From assembly GCA_039621445.1 (NCBI GenBank), contig CP154954.1:8496634-8560633 (forward strand): a DNA stretch of 64,000 bases. The letters run 5' to 3'. Position numbers and translations under genes: made by a program. This stretch comes from Euglena gracilis (Eukaryota). The notes beneath the pieces were generated by a model. That model was not told the origin of the DNA and did no database searches. It worked only from the letters and a program-made list of their open reading frames with translations. Positions 1 to 13,200 of the stretch are shown piece after piece. Within the stretch, counting starts at the first letter, position 1. Each line of letters opens with the position of its first letter.

Positions 1-270
1 CACTGTTATGGGTTTCCCCGGAGTTTCATTGGAATTGAAATCCTCTGCAGTTTTGGGGAAAGCACAGAGCCAAACACATGGTTTCAAAGCAAAATGTCTC
101 GCCAATCTTGTTAATGTTTTTGCTGAAATGTCCAGGGTCCACTGCTGAGCTTTTCTCCTGGGTTTGGGCTTGCGGGAAAATCTTCTGCAGCATTTTGGGA
201 AAGCACAAAGCCAAACCCAAGATTTGGAAGCAAAATGTCTGTAAATGGGTCCACCAATCTTGTTCAAGAT

Positions 271-879
271 GCCTCACCGACCCGGGATATCCATCAAACC
301 CCGGAGTTTGCAGCGACAGTCTGTGCCCTGGGCAGAGACCCCGGACTTAGACGGCCGTAACTGGACACTTTTTTCCCCAAAAAATTGGTCAAAATTTTGG
401 CCTAAAACGGGTTTTCTAGGAGCACTTTTGAAAAAATTCCAGGCGCATTTGCGCCTAAACCCAATTTTAAATATTGCCACAGAGTGCCCCAATTTCTTAA
501 CTAATTCCGTAGAAATCATGGGGTTTTGTGACAAAAAGATATCCAAGAATTTTGCTTTCTATGGTGAAGTTGTGGCGTTATTTGGGCTTTGAAGATTGAC
601 ATTTTGCGAAAGACCCTTTGAAGGGCTATTTTCTCAAGCCACAATTCCAGGCGCAATTTGATTTTTTAGTGTCCAGTTACGGCCGTCTAAGCCGGAGTCT
701 ACATCGACATGTGAGATTCAGCCACCTAGCAGCAGCACGTCGACATCGCATCAGTGGCTCAAGCCCTGGGAGATCCAGCCCTAGGAGAAGTAGCAACAGC
801 AGCAGCACATCGACATTGTCGCTTCACATATGTCGTTGTGAACTCCGGGGGTTGTTGAAATCACCCGGGTCGGTGAGGC
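271..879. mobile_element. Nested TIR elements: outer inverted repeat 271-318/831-879, inner MITE 336-700
   Basis: Outer gcctcaccgacccggg / cccgggtcggtgaggc; inner ccggacttagacggccgtaactggacact / agtgtccagttacggccgtctaagccgg. Confidence 0.75.
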
Positions 880-3332
880 TGTGGCTGCAAATGAGCCAGT
901 AGAGTGAACACGGAGTGGATAAAACAATGAACTCCATAGCTGGCGCTTCGTTTAAAACAAAGTGAAAAAAAACATGTTTTTTAAAAAAAAACATGTTTTT
1001 TTTATAAAAAAACAAAAAAAACGCCATTGAGGGTCCAGGGCAAAAAAAATTTTGCCTTTAATTTTAGCTTTTTTTTGCCCATCCTCAGGCAGAGAAAGAC
1101 ACCAAATTTGGGATGTTTCAAGTTGAAACATCCCAAAATGGCGGGAAAATGCCCTATTTTGACCATTCTTGTTGAAGACCTCCAAAAGTATTGGTTTTCA
1201 AGTCATTTGAGCTCAGCTTGGTTCACCCTTGCGTTCAAAGGCAAAATTTGGACCATCATTTTCCCCTTTGTTTTTTTTGCCGTTTTTTTTTGCCTGTTTT
1301 TTTAATAAAAAACAAAGAAACGTTTTTTTATTAAAAAAAAACAAAAAAAAACGCCAGCTATGATGAACTCCAAGACGTCGAAAGCCTGGAACTTCAAAAT
1401 ATACCCCACGTAAGGCTTTCATTTGTCCGACATGATATGCGAACGAAAAAAAAATAGACACTCAGAAAGTGGAAATTTCATTTAAAAACCTCGTTATGAA
1501 ACACCCAAACCATACTTCGAATCCTACTAAGTTCAAAAAGTGCCCAAAAATGGTCAAAAAAATGCAATTTTATGACTTTTTCATTTTTGTGGAATTTTGT
1601 TTTGGCAGAAAGGACCCAGAAGTTGCAAAAATGGTTGAAAACATGCATTCAATTTTTTTTGTACAAAACCTTGTTGGGTTTTTTGTTTAAAAAAATGTTA
1701 ATATTTAAAAAAAAACAGCGTCCAAAAAAATCAAGCTGCCAACTATGGTTTGGCGAACTCCAAACAGTTGGCAACAGCAGCAAGGTCTGCACCTACGGAG
1801 CCAGACTTTTTCTTCGTGTTTGCCCTGTGCCAGCAAGGTGGGTCAACCTTTGGCTTCTTGGCATCTTGATGGTACACCACGAGAGCAGACAAGCAAGGTT
1901 GGATGGTTAATCAAAAAACGGTTAATCGCTTGTGACCACCCCAGTTAATCGTTCGTTTGTGGGGGGGGACAATTAACCATGATTAATCGCAAAACGGTTA
2001 CTCCCCCCCCCCCTTATTGTCCCCCCCCCCCTTATTGAGCCAAAAAAAAAACCCGACGGGAGTTTTTTTTGGCTCGGCCAATGAAATTCCTTTGGTTCGG
2101 TCTTATTGTCCCCCCCCTTATTGTTCGGCCGGGCCTCCCGGGGGGAGGTCGGCGGGACAATAAGGTGGGGGGGGTTAATCGCTTGTAACCCCCCAGTTAA
2201 TCGCTTCTTTTGCGTTGTCGGAAAAAGAAATGTCCTGGGGTTGGGAAGGAAGATGGCAAGGTTGTGTTCAATGCCAATGTGGATGAAAAATTCTTTCAAA
2301 AAGCCTTGAATGTAAACTCTGTTTTTGATTCCACATTTTCTGGACGCCAAATTTTTGGTGTCCTTGGCCCATTGTGGAGTGAAGAAGTCAGATGAAATGA
2401 GTTTTGTTTTTTGGGGGGAAATTAATGCGGTGGCGCTTAATCGAAATTAATTGAGGGACAGGCACGGTTAATCGAAAATTGGTATCGACACCTGACCCCC
2501 AATTAACCATGGCTAATCGCTTGACCTGAAAAAATGACGGCTAATTGCCCAACCCTGAGCCAAGATCAGTTCCATCTTAGGGGGAGGTGGCAAAAGACCA
2601 TTCACAAAGTTTGCCTTGTGTTTAGCCATAGGGTGAGGGCTGTGAGGGAAAATGGGGGGGTAACACGTTTGCCCATGGGGGCATCTGTGGCAATGACACG
2701 TTTTCCATTAGGGCATCCGTGGCAAGGCACATTTTCCACTGGGGCGCTTTTTTTTGTTCCCAATTTCACATTTTCGCGTTTTTCTCCCTTGGCGTGAATC
2801 ATGACCACGACTTTCAGTGCAGGCATTTGGCGGGCTATGGACACGTTTTTAAACATATTGTGGCAGAGCTCAGATTTCAGCCTGAAAACGTGTTCAGCAG
2901 GGCGGCCCCGAAGGGCATTTGGCGGGCTCTAAACACCTTTTTAAACATTTTGTGGCTGAACACATTTTTGGGCTGAAATCTGGGCTCGGCCACAATTTGT
3001 GTATAGAAAGCATCGATGGAAGCGGGGTTTAAACAAAACCACACAATAGAGATATTTCGGCCCTAACATAATGGCCAAACTTTTGACACCAATCATGAAA
3101 ACATTGGAATTCGATTGAATTTGAAGGCCGCCAAAGGTGGCATTTTTGATAATGGTCCTTCTCAAAAAATTGCCCAAAATCATTTTTTTGGGTGTTCTGT
3201 GGCTGAAAAAATCGTCCCCGGTGGCTTTCATTTCTCTTCCCCAGGAGGTGGTTTGTAAGTCAAGATATAGGTCGGCCCGGGGGGGGGGGGGTTATAAGTG
3301 AGGGGGTCAAATGGGGTTTGGGACCCCATCAC

Positions 3333-4057
3333 CAGAGGGGGGGAAAATTGCACCGTGCAATTTTTGCAATTTCGTGCAATTTTCGATTTTCCCGAAATGT
3401 GCAATTTTTTGCAATTTTGTGCAATTAATTGCACAGGCCTAGGACATTTTGTTTTGGAAAATGTCAGTTTTTGATGCAATTGAGAATTTACCGGTTCTTT
3501 TTTTTCTGGAGGTATTGCAAAAACTGGCTCCTACACTGGACATTTACCCCCCCCCCCACGCCCCCCCACCCCCCCACCCCCCACACTTGACCAATGTAGG
3601 AGCCAGTTTTTGCAATATATGGGTAGCAGGGGTAGTTTTTGCTGGGAAACTAATGTGCGTAGTGAAAATTTCCGTTCAAAGGCTGTTTATTGTTGGTTTA
3701 CTCAGTTTTCAAACCCAATCGGCCAATTGGCAAAGAGCAATAGGCATTCTACAAACAGGTTCATATTTTGTGCCTTGGTAATTTCTAAGTATGAATGGTT
3801 TTGTCTTCCGCTGGATGATGAACAAGTTCAGGATGAATGGTGTAACTGTTGCCATGGCATATTGCCACGGCTGATTGTGTTGCAACTTTTTGGGCGAACC
3901 GAGAGGTCCAATTGGCAGAATATGCAGCTTTTCTGGTTTCTGATATGGCTTTTCTGGTACGTGCAATTTTGTGCAATTTTGTGCAATTTTGTGCAATTTT
4001 GTGCAATTTTTTTGCACTGCAATTTCGACCTCCCGATGTGCAATTTCTCCCCCCCTG
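3333..4057. mobile_element. MITE with 7-bp TSD (ccatcac) and tgcaatttt internal repeats
   Basis: cagaggggggg...aaattgca / tgcaatttctcccccctg; ccatcac on both sides. Confidence 0.8.
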
Positions 4058-4119
4058 CCATCACACAAGGAGTTTTTCTGCATTGTGAATGCAGAATATT
4101 TACCTGGTGAATTCCTGTC

Positions 4120-4284
4120 ATGACCACAACTGAAGAGAAAGCAGTGGTCTCCAAAAGCCAATGCTCTCCTCCCTCATCTCCCTCAGTGATGCGCTTCTCA
4201 GTGTACACAATCTATGTTGGGGCTTGCCTCTTGGCATTCTTGGCGGCCATCCTAAGTGGCGTTATCCTTCTCGTCTATGGAGGA
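4120..4284 (+). CDS. Probable first exon of the cyclase, N-terminal transmembrane helix
   Basis: ATG followed by the hydrophobic run [24 protein letters not shown]; 3' boundary uncertain. Confidence 0.5.
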
Positions 4285-7200
4285 ATTCCAAACAAACAAC
4301 CAACAAGTTTATTTGGACTAATTTGAGACGTCACCGGGGGATTATGACCACAATGCGGACCTCTTGAAACCACCCTGAAAAACGAGCCAATATCGGAAAT
4401 TTGGCCAATTTAAAAAAAAATTGGAAAATTGGATGGAAAGCCGATCCTCCAAAACGTCCAAATGTGCCATAAAACTTGCAACATGAAATAAGGGTCCCAT
4501 TCTACATCCATCGAAAGCTGGCCAGTTTTGGCCATGGGGTCATTCTTGCGGGGGGGGGACAAAGCTAGAGCCCCCAACCCATCGTTTCAAATTATTGTGT
4601 TCCAATATGGACTTGGGTGTGAGTGTGTGCCTGGGACAATTTCCATTGTGTTTGCATTTTAATTCCATTTCCCTCTGTTTTTTTCTTTGGGGGAGAATGG
4701 AAAGAAACCACCACCACCCCTTCAAAATGCACTGTGCTCCCCTCGCCCTCTAGTTCCGTTGTGCTTCATTTTTATGTAAATTCTGCCGGAATTTTTTTAA
4801 AATACATTTTTCATCCACTGCATCAGCACCAAGAAGCTTTCCCTTCGGTCCAAATCCTTCGGTCTCGCCGCCCACGTGCTTAGGCGGCCAAACTCGCACT
4901 TGAGGTTTTAATTTTTAGCTTGCGCTTTTGGCGCAAATTTCCAAACTTTTTTGAGACCCGGCGGTGAAACCCACCCTTTTGACCATCTGGTTCCCTCCAA
5001 GTCTCCAGGCGGAGACCCTCCATGGTGGCGTGTGCAACATTTGGCGATGTTGGGACCTGGGAACAGGCCCAATTTTGGTGTTTTTCAGCATGCGCACCAT
5101 TTTGAAAAAGGTTCAAAACCCTGGGTTTGAACGTCGGGACACGTGATCTTTCCAAAAAAGGGCCAAAACCCCCGTTGCGAGTCCCTTGTTTTTGAAGCCT
5201 TGACTGTGTTCCCCGGATGGTTCTACATAGGCTGGGTGTAGTTTGGCCCTTTTTGTTCCTTTTTTTGGGCTCTGCGATGTGTCCGTGAAGGGTTGCCTGC
5301 TGAGGCATCTAGAGGGTGGACTCTCCCACACCGCCGGGTACAGAAGGCAATGTTTATGGACATTGCGCTTAAGCGCAATAGTTTTACCTTGTGCTTAAGC
5401 GCAATGTAAAATTGTTGCGCTTAAGCGCATTTAACACATGTAACACAGAAGCCCCCTGGGCTTATGGCAGTCCCTCTGATGTTACGGTGTCATTGCGCCG
5501 AAGCGCAATGGATATGCCTACATAATGCAATGCTTGTTCATTCAGATTACACGTCAGCCGCTTGTTTGCACTTCTCATTTTTTTGTATGATGTTTTGCGC
5601 TTCGGCGCAACGTATTTCCTCACCCACTGGCCGTGCAGAGGGGGTCAAATAAGGGGGGGGGATCAAAAATTCCTTTAGAGAGAGGGCAAAAAAAATTTTC
5701 GGCGCCAGCCCATGAACAAAAAATTTCCCCAGACCCAAATGCTCAAGGGGGGGGGGTCAAATAAAGGGGGGGGTACCGTCACTTTCAAAGCTAATTGCGA
5801 GTTAGGCCGCCTAAGATGTGTGCAGTCCCACTTAGACCCAGCAAAAAAAAAATGGCATGAGCGTTATCTGCCAGCAAGCAATGATGGCAAAAAATGACAG
5901 GAAACCTCCATGACAGATGACACATTTGCGGGGCAGCAACGGCAGAGCGAGGATGCGCAGCTGACGGCCGGCCGGGGGCAGGTGCATGCCATCCAGGGCG
6001 TGATCCGCAACCAGATGAACCGCATGATGACCATGGCAGAAGAGGCCGACCATGCTCTTCCGAAGGGGTGGTTGCCCCCAGGCATTTCTTTTATGTAAAA
6101 ATAAGTAGGTTTGAACTGGTTTGGTTGGTCGTCAGAAGGGGGATTTGCACGGGGGAGGGGCATAAGGGTCTAAATTAGAAATCAAAATGCCCCCCTCCAA
6201 ACACCGGTTTCGTAAAAAAAAAAAGAAAACAATTTCAACGGTTAAAGAATTGCCAAAAGTGCTGTTTTCTATGACATTTCATCGCGCACAAAAATGCGAA
6301 AAATCTCACAGAAATTGTGGCCTTGGGGACTTCACCTATTAACAGAGTTTACCTTTGTAGGCCTTGTCTTCATTTTGCAAAAAAAAATTATTATCCAAAC
6401 TCCAGTCAAGGGTTGGGTTACAGTTAGCATTAGGGTTATCATCATCAGCATTTGCCCATGCACAACAGCGTTTACCCGTGGAAGGCTTGCTTCCCACACA
6501 CAAAAGGATTTTGGTATTGGGGTTGCGGGCGGGCTGCCGCCCCCCTCCCCCACCATGAGACTGTAGGCCAACCAAATTCGCACAAATATGTTGTTTAGAG
6601 ATAGGGTTAGGGTTCCAGACAGGGTTCAGGTTAGGCATGGGGTTAGGATTAAGGTAGGTGGCTGCCACAAAACCCAAAAAAAAAACTGATACCAAAAAAA
6701 TGTGAAAGGTTCAAAGCAAAAGTAATTGAAATGGAGTGCAATTTCTAAACTGCGCAAGGTCCTTTAATTTTTTCAGGGCGGGGAAAAATGCACCTCAACG
6801 TCGCGTCCTAATTTTCAAATATTTTGAAAAGTTTCAAGAGAAGCACATCAGCAGTTGCTCAAGCTGTCCCACAAATTTCCACTTGCAAACCCCAGGTGTC
6901 CCAAACTTTTTAACTCATGAAATAAATTTAAAGCCCTGACGTTGGGGATGCACTTATATGCAAATTCCAATGCGTAGAGGTGCTCTTTTGCTTAAGACGG
7001 CCTGACCAAATGGTTGGGCAACCTGGTCAACTGATTTGTGGGACGAAACTTTTGAAAGAAGGGGTGGTAGTCAGGCGTGCCAAGTGTGCGTCCAGCCACG
7101 TACCATCGTCAGTCATCACGGAGCAACTGAGAAGGGTTTGATCCTTTGCAGGAAACAGGAAACATCGGGAGGGTGGGTTATCTGGGTGGTGAACACAACC

Positions 7201-10200
7201 GGATCAGATTTAGGTGTTTACACCCAAAATCGTGGGACATGGCGGAATGTGCACCTTTGCATTTATACCTCTGGAACCTGCCCAATTTTGTGAATTCATG
7301 ACAAAGTTGCCCTCCTGGCTGTCTCAAGGTTTGGTTGAAGGTATTCTCAGATGATCAAACGTGGAAAATACCAGGAATTTACAATTTTTCAAGGGAATCA
7401 CTGTTGAGGTGTTTGGGCGAGTGGCGGATGGTTCTCAACAGAGGGGCGTGACTTCACGCGGCAACTGGTGATGCGCCTCAAGACCCTTCCCAACGCCACA
7501 CTCCTGCCCGAGAACGTCATCCCGGCGCTGAACGAAACCTTCTTCCCTGTTTGACCTGGACCCTGGCTCTGCCCTGCATGTTGAGAGCCGGCAATTTGCG
7601 AAAGCTTTGCAGCCTGGTTGTCGGCAGGCAGTCCAGGAAAACTGTTGATGTTTGCGTGTTTCTATCCTGCTACGTACCCCCCCCCCCCCCGACTTATAAA
7701 CCCCCGGGGGTTAATGGATCCGGTTTTGTTGGTCGGCCGAGGGGGGGGGGGCAAAATGACCCCGAAACCCCCCAAATTGGTAATTTTTGGCAAATTTGGT
7801 CAAAAATGGCATTTTTGATAATGGTAGGTGTCAATGGTGTCAATGGTAGTTGCCAAAAAATCAGTTTTTTGGGTGGTTTGCGGCCGAAAATATCGTCCCC
7901 GGCGGTTTTCATTTTTCTTCCCTGAAGGGGGGGGGTTTATAGGTCCCGGTTTGGTTGGTCGGCCCGAGGGGGGGTTTATGGTGGGGGGGGGTTATAGGTG
8001 GGGGGGGTTTATAAGTGGGTGGGTTTACCCTCCAGGATTTTGAACCTTTTTGAAAAAATAGAGAACCTTTTGGACAGCGATGCTGACATTAAACAACAAA
8101 GGTTTTAAATCTTTTGGACAAGGGTGTTGAAAAAGTTTCAAGGACCCTTACTCCATGAGTACAACTTCCGCGTTCTTTCAACGTCCCCGTGCAAAAGTTT
8201 CAATACAATACACCTGCCCAAAAGTCTCTCCAAATTGGCTAGAAGTTTTAACATCTCTGTCCAAAAGTGACAGTATTTTTGTCCAAGGGGTTCAGGAATC
8301 TTGTCCGAAAACTGTCAGGTGGTCCCAGGACCTCCCTCGCCTGCTCTACAGTAATTTTTTTTGACTTGGCGACGTGGCGAGTGTCGAAGAAATGCTCTGT
8401 GCAAAAGAAAAGAAAAGGAACGTAATGAATGATAATTGGAAAATAAAAAAATGAAAAAAGGAAAACGTTTGACGTCACAAGGAGGAAAGGAATGCTTTTC
8501 TTCAAAGGAAGGTTTTCCTTCAAAAGTTGCGAGGAGTCCAGTTTCTGGGTCACTGCGGTGAAGGCGAACAACTCTCTCAATGGTTATGGCTTGTCCATGA
8601 TATACAAGAACGCGACCCGGCTTCTTTTTCAATTCAAAAATCGCAACCTTTGGCTCGTTGTTAAAAAAAATGGAGCAAAAAGGAGCCCGTACAGAATCAC
8701 GGGGGCCCTGTACGACCGGTCCATTTGGGCGTTCTGGGAGATGTCAAGGACGGGTGCTTTCGATTACATGTATGGCTGGACCAGGCTTGTGCTTAGTCGG
8801 GTGCCTACCCCACGAGGGGGGGTGCTAGGGGCAGGCACCCCATAGCACCCGATCTGACCCCCCCGGGGGGGAAGGTTTTTGGGGGGGTGCCTGCCCATAG
8901 CAGGCACCCCCCTCCGACCCCAGCGCCAAAGGCGCCGGGTGCCCGGAAAAGGCCATTTTCAATGAAAATTTTCTGGTTCCCCCCGGACCCCCCCCGGGGT
9001 GTGCCTGCTAGGGGCAGGCACCCTATAGCACCCACCCCCCCCCCTTGTTGGTAAGCACAAGCATGGGCTGGACCTTGCCCGAGGATGGCCTGCTCCACAG
9101 CCAGGGGTTGGTCCTCCATTGTCATGATTGCCTGTGGAGGTGCCCAGTGTGAATTTCTAAAAGTTGCATAGCATGTTTAGATGCCATTGAAGCAAGTGTT
9201 GTCGAATCATCGTTTCTCAGTTTTGTAGAAATTCCCCAACAATTCTCAGTTGGTACGGAAAAAAAGTTGAAAGTTCTTCCTGCCTTGCCATATTGTTGTA
9301 GAATGTCGAAGCTCTGTTCGGGTTGCAGTTCGCATCGACCTCTGTGGCTGTCTTCCGCAATCATTGGCTCGATTTCGCCACCCCTCAGTTGGGGGAGGCG
9401 CTCTACACCGTGGATGTAATGAGTGTCACAACTGGGAAGCAATGGAACGTTCTGGCCAAGTGACTGCATATTGGGCAAGAGGGGAAAGTTAGTTTTAAAG
9501 ACGAGGTTGGGCAAGAGGGGAAAGTTAGTTTTAAAGACGAGGCACCTTTGCATTTTTCTTTTACGAAATTATTATCATTAAATTGATTTATTTTTGCTGA
9601 AAATTTCTTTGGACAATTTTTATTGAAAACGTTGGAGTTGATCAACATTCTAGGAGGATATCTTTTCAGGCAAACACAGACTCTTCCGACCAGCCCTCCG
9701 CCCAACGATCAAGAAGCACAATAATCACGAAAGATGCAAGAAAATTACGACAGATCACGAAAAAGCACAAATCAGAATTTGGGGTCCTCACCATGAAACA
9801 GAGGTAACCCCCCCCCCAAATATAAGACACCGGTGTCTTATATTTGGGTGTCGACCAATTTCGCCAAAGGGTGTCTTATATTTGGGGGGTGTCTTATATT
9901 TGGGTCTCAGGCGGATGACTGAGGGGTGTCTTATGTTTGGACACTTTTCCAGCAAGTATGTTGTTGTGCTAATGTCCTCGTACCTTCATATATAGGGTTT
10001 TTCTTCATGTCTGACGGGTCATCTTCCGACGCTTTGGAGAGTGTGTATGCTGAAAGCGACCAATCTGCAAGTGGTGATGAACTTGGCACAACGGACTGCC
10101 TCATTTTCTAGAAATTGGAAAATACGAACACTGGCACATTTGTCTGAACGTCATTCATCACCACTTGCAGATTGGTCGCTTTCTTGCTGTTCAAAATAAT

Positions 10201-13200
10201 AGATTCTCAACCTTGATCTGCTACACCCAAAAGCAGTAGACTGGACGTGCGTTAGTTGTTTTCATCACGCCTTGAGACTTGCTGCTGGGGACTGAGGAAG
10301 GCCTTTCGTGGGTGGTGTCTTATATTTGGAGAAGTAGGTGCCGGCCCAGGGGTGTCTTATATTTGGGGGGTGTCTTATATTTGGGTGTCGGCCCGAAAAT
10401 CCCCAAAGGGTGTCTTATATTTGGGGGGTGTCTTATAGTGAGGGGTGTCTTATATTTGGGGGGGGTTTAACCCCCCCAAAATATAATAACCTCCCCCAAA
10501 TACAACCCCCCCCCCCCAATATGAAACCCCCCCTGGGGCATTTGATTTGGTGACCAAATATAAAAACCCCCAAATATAAAATATCAGCTTCAGATCCATC
10601 ACCTCCTGACTCCTCGGATGCATCACCTCTGACTCCTCGGATGCTGCTGATTCAGTGGCCTCGGCGCTCAAAACGACCGAAATTGAGACATCAGGGGAGT
10701 CTCCGACAGGTATTCTTCCATTGGAAGCAACACAAAAGGGCTACGAGAGACATAAGAAAAAGGACAGAAGGTCGCCAGAAGTTTGTCTTCCCCCCATTTT
10801 TGAAACAGCCCCTCCAAATATACCCCCCGTGGGGATCTTGAAATTTCCGCCCAAATGTAACACCGGGGGGGGAGTCCCGCCAGGCTCCGGCCACCTCCAC
10901 GCACACAGACAAAATGAGCCAGAGGCGAACAACAGCGCCAGGCCAGAAGAAGGGATAAAAGGCACCAAAAAAACAGCCACAGTGCACACAGGGGGGGGTT
11001 TTATATTTGGGGGGTTTATTTGGTAACTCAAACTAATTCAACCTAAAATGATCAATAATTTTAAAGCATGGTTTTTCGGTTTCTGCAGGTGCAGCCAGGA
11101 AAATTTAAGGTGTTTGACTGTGCCCAAACAAAACAGGATGAAGGAGTGAGGAAGGAGAAAGCTGTCTGGAGGAATGTCGCTGGTTTAAGCTCCATGTAGC
11201 CGGGGGACTTTGGCGGTTTAAAAGTAACTGGACAAAATCTCTCCAGGTGTTGCAATTCCTGTAACCCCCCCCCCCCTAATAAGTGCACGGGTGCGCACAT
11301 TTTAAGGACGTAGTTTTGGACCCCAAGGGGTGCGCACTTATTAGGGCAGTGTGCACTTTTTAGGGCAAAACCAAAATACTGACGTTACCCCCACTCTTTT
11401 TCCCCCCAATTTTGGGATTTCAAGCTATGAGTCAAGTGATTATGTGTCAAATGTGTCAAATTTGGGCTTGGGCGATGGAAATGTTTGATCTGAGAAGGAC
11501 AATTCTGAGAATTGTGTGTGCTTTCCGGCCTGAGATGCGACAATGATTTCTCCTTTGGGGGGTGCGCACTTTTTAGGGAGGTAGTTTCAGACCCTTGGGG
11601 GGTGCGCACTTATTAGGGCACTGCGCACAATTAGGGCACTGCGCACTTATTATGGGGGGTTTAGAAAGGACGTTGACGATGGCTGCAGTTCCAGGAAACA
11701 GACCACTTGTGCTTTTGTTCATTTTTTTTTTTAGCGATTCAAGACATTTGCTCAATCCAGCAGGTCTCCCCATTGGCAGCACACATTTCGGTTTTCTGGG
11801 TGCTGGGGAGGGTACCAGAAAGGGTTGGGACTGGGACTTTTCATTTTTTTTTGCCTGAACATTTGTGCTCTTGTCCGCTTCAATCATTCACCACTTCCCT
11901 GAACGCGTTCCAATCCTTCTCGAATTTTGAACTCCTCACATGCAGTTCGTACAAAAATGATGGGAGAAAAATGAAGATGAACATCATTTTTTTCGCCTGT
12001 ACCCTTTCTATGCCCCTTTTCAGGGGTAATCAAATGACGCTGCCATTTTTGCAGGAAACCTTATCACCAGTGGGGAAAGTACCAACATTTTCCATGAAAA
12101 GTTGAAATTTCCCTCATTGATTTTTCCAAAACAGGATTTTTTTTATATCATTTTTCTTTGTCCTTTCCCCCCTGTCATTTTCGTTCCCGTCGTTTTTGTC
12201 CAGACTGTTTGCTGCCCTGCTGCCCGTAGCTGATCGACCTATACAAGAATGACGACTTCTTTTACTACGCCATCCCGTGGGCGGCGATGGATGGCAACTC
12301 CTACTGGTACTTTGTCTACATGCGGGCCATCCAATACCACGGTGTATGGTTCAACCTCCAATCCTGGGATGTAGACCTCCTTCAGGGCTGTTTGGTGGAT
12401 GGGACTTGATCGGGTTTAATGGGGAGGGCACAAAATATGGAAAGGCAAACAAACTGAACAACTGCAACAAATAGCTGAACACAAACACTGCAAAAGGTAT
12501 AATGAGATTTATTTTTGATTCCAATTTCATCTTTCTGTGTTCTACTCTGTTTGGATTTGCTCTTGTAACGTCGCCTGCCCATTGTGCCATTGCAACCACC
12601 CCTGTGGGAATCAAAGATTTCTTGTTCCTGTTTTTTTTTGTGTGTGTGACTTTCGTTTCATATGTTTTGTACAACGTTTTTTCAGCCACATCGCCATTCT
12701 CTAATCCACAGTTTTTTTTTTGGAGTTGTGTCATGAATGGACAGCCTTATTTTCCGCACCAAACATCCCTGCTATCACCTGGTTGAGCCTGGTCAGAGGG
12801 TCTGCCAACCAACTCTTTCATTCTTTGGTGGCTAATTCAATTAATTTTTCTGTCTTGCCTCTTCTCTGTCTCTCACAAAGTCACATGAATCCCCTCCGTT
12901 TCGCCTTCCATTGTCATGCTGAATGATTGTCATGCTGAATGATGAACCTAACCCATCTATATTAGATACCCTCCAAAGGCTGCTTGGGGTTGGTTGCTGC
13001 CCATTTACCCCATCTGTCGTGATAGTTTATACTGGACAAATGATTGGTCGAACACCATCTTTCAGGGAGCTTGGGAGGGTCACAAATATGGTCAATGCCA
13101 TTGCGGAGGTGTACGATGATTGGGAAGAGTGATTGTGGATAATTTATACCCCCCCTCAATAAGCCCTCCGGTGAGATTTTGGCAACGTCGATTGCAGCAC

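Noticed and set aside
4285-5937. Candidate small exons at 4322-4370, 4822-4875 and 5820-5835
   Set aside because: Plausibly coding, but I could not get consistent frames and junctions without cDNA.
6410-6660. Degenerate GGGTTA telomere-like hexamers (also near 31600)
   Set aside because: Too few and too degenerate to call an interstitial telomere.
9471-9542. Exact 36-bp tandem duplication
   Set aside because: Intronic, two copies only; ordinary slippage.
9820-10460. Repeated ggtgtcttatatttggg units resembling a CRISPR array
   Set aside because: No regular unique spacers, no cas genes, eukaryotic context; they are MITE subterminal repeats.
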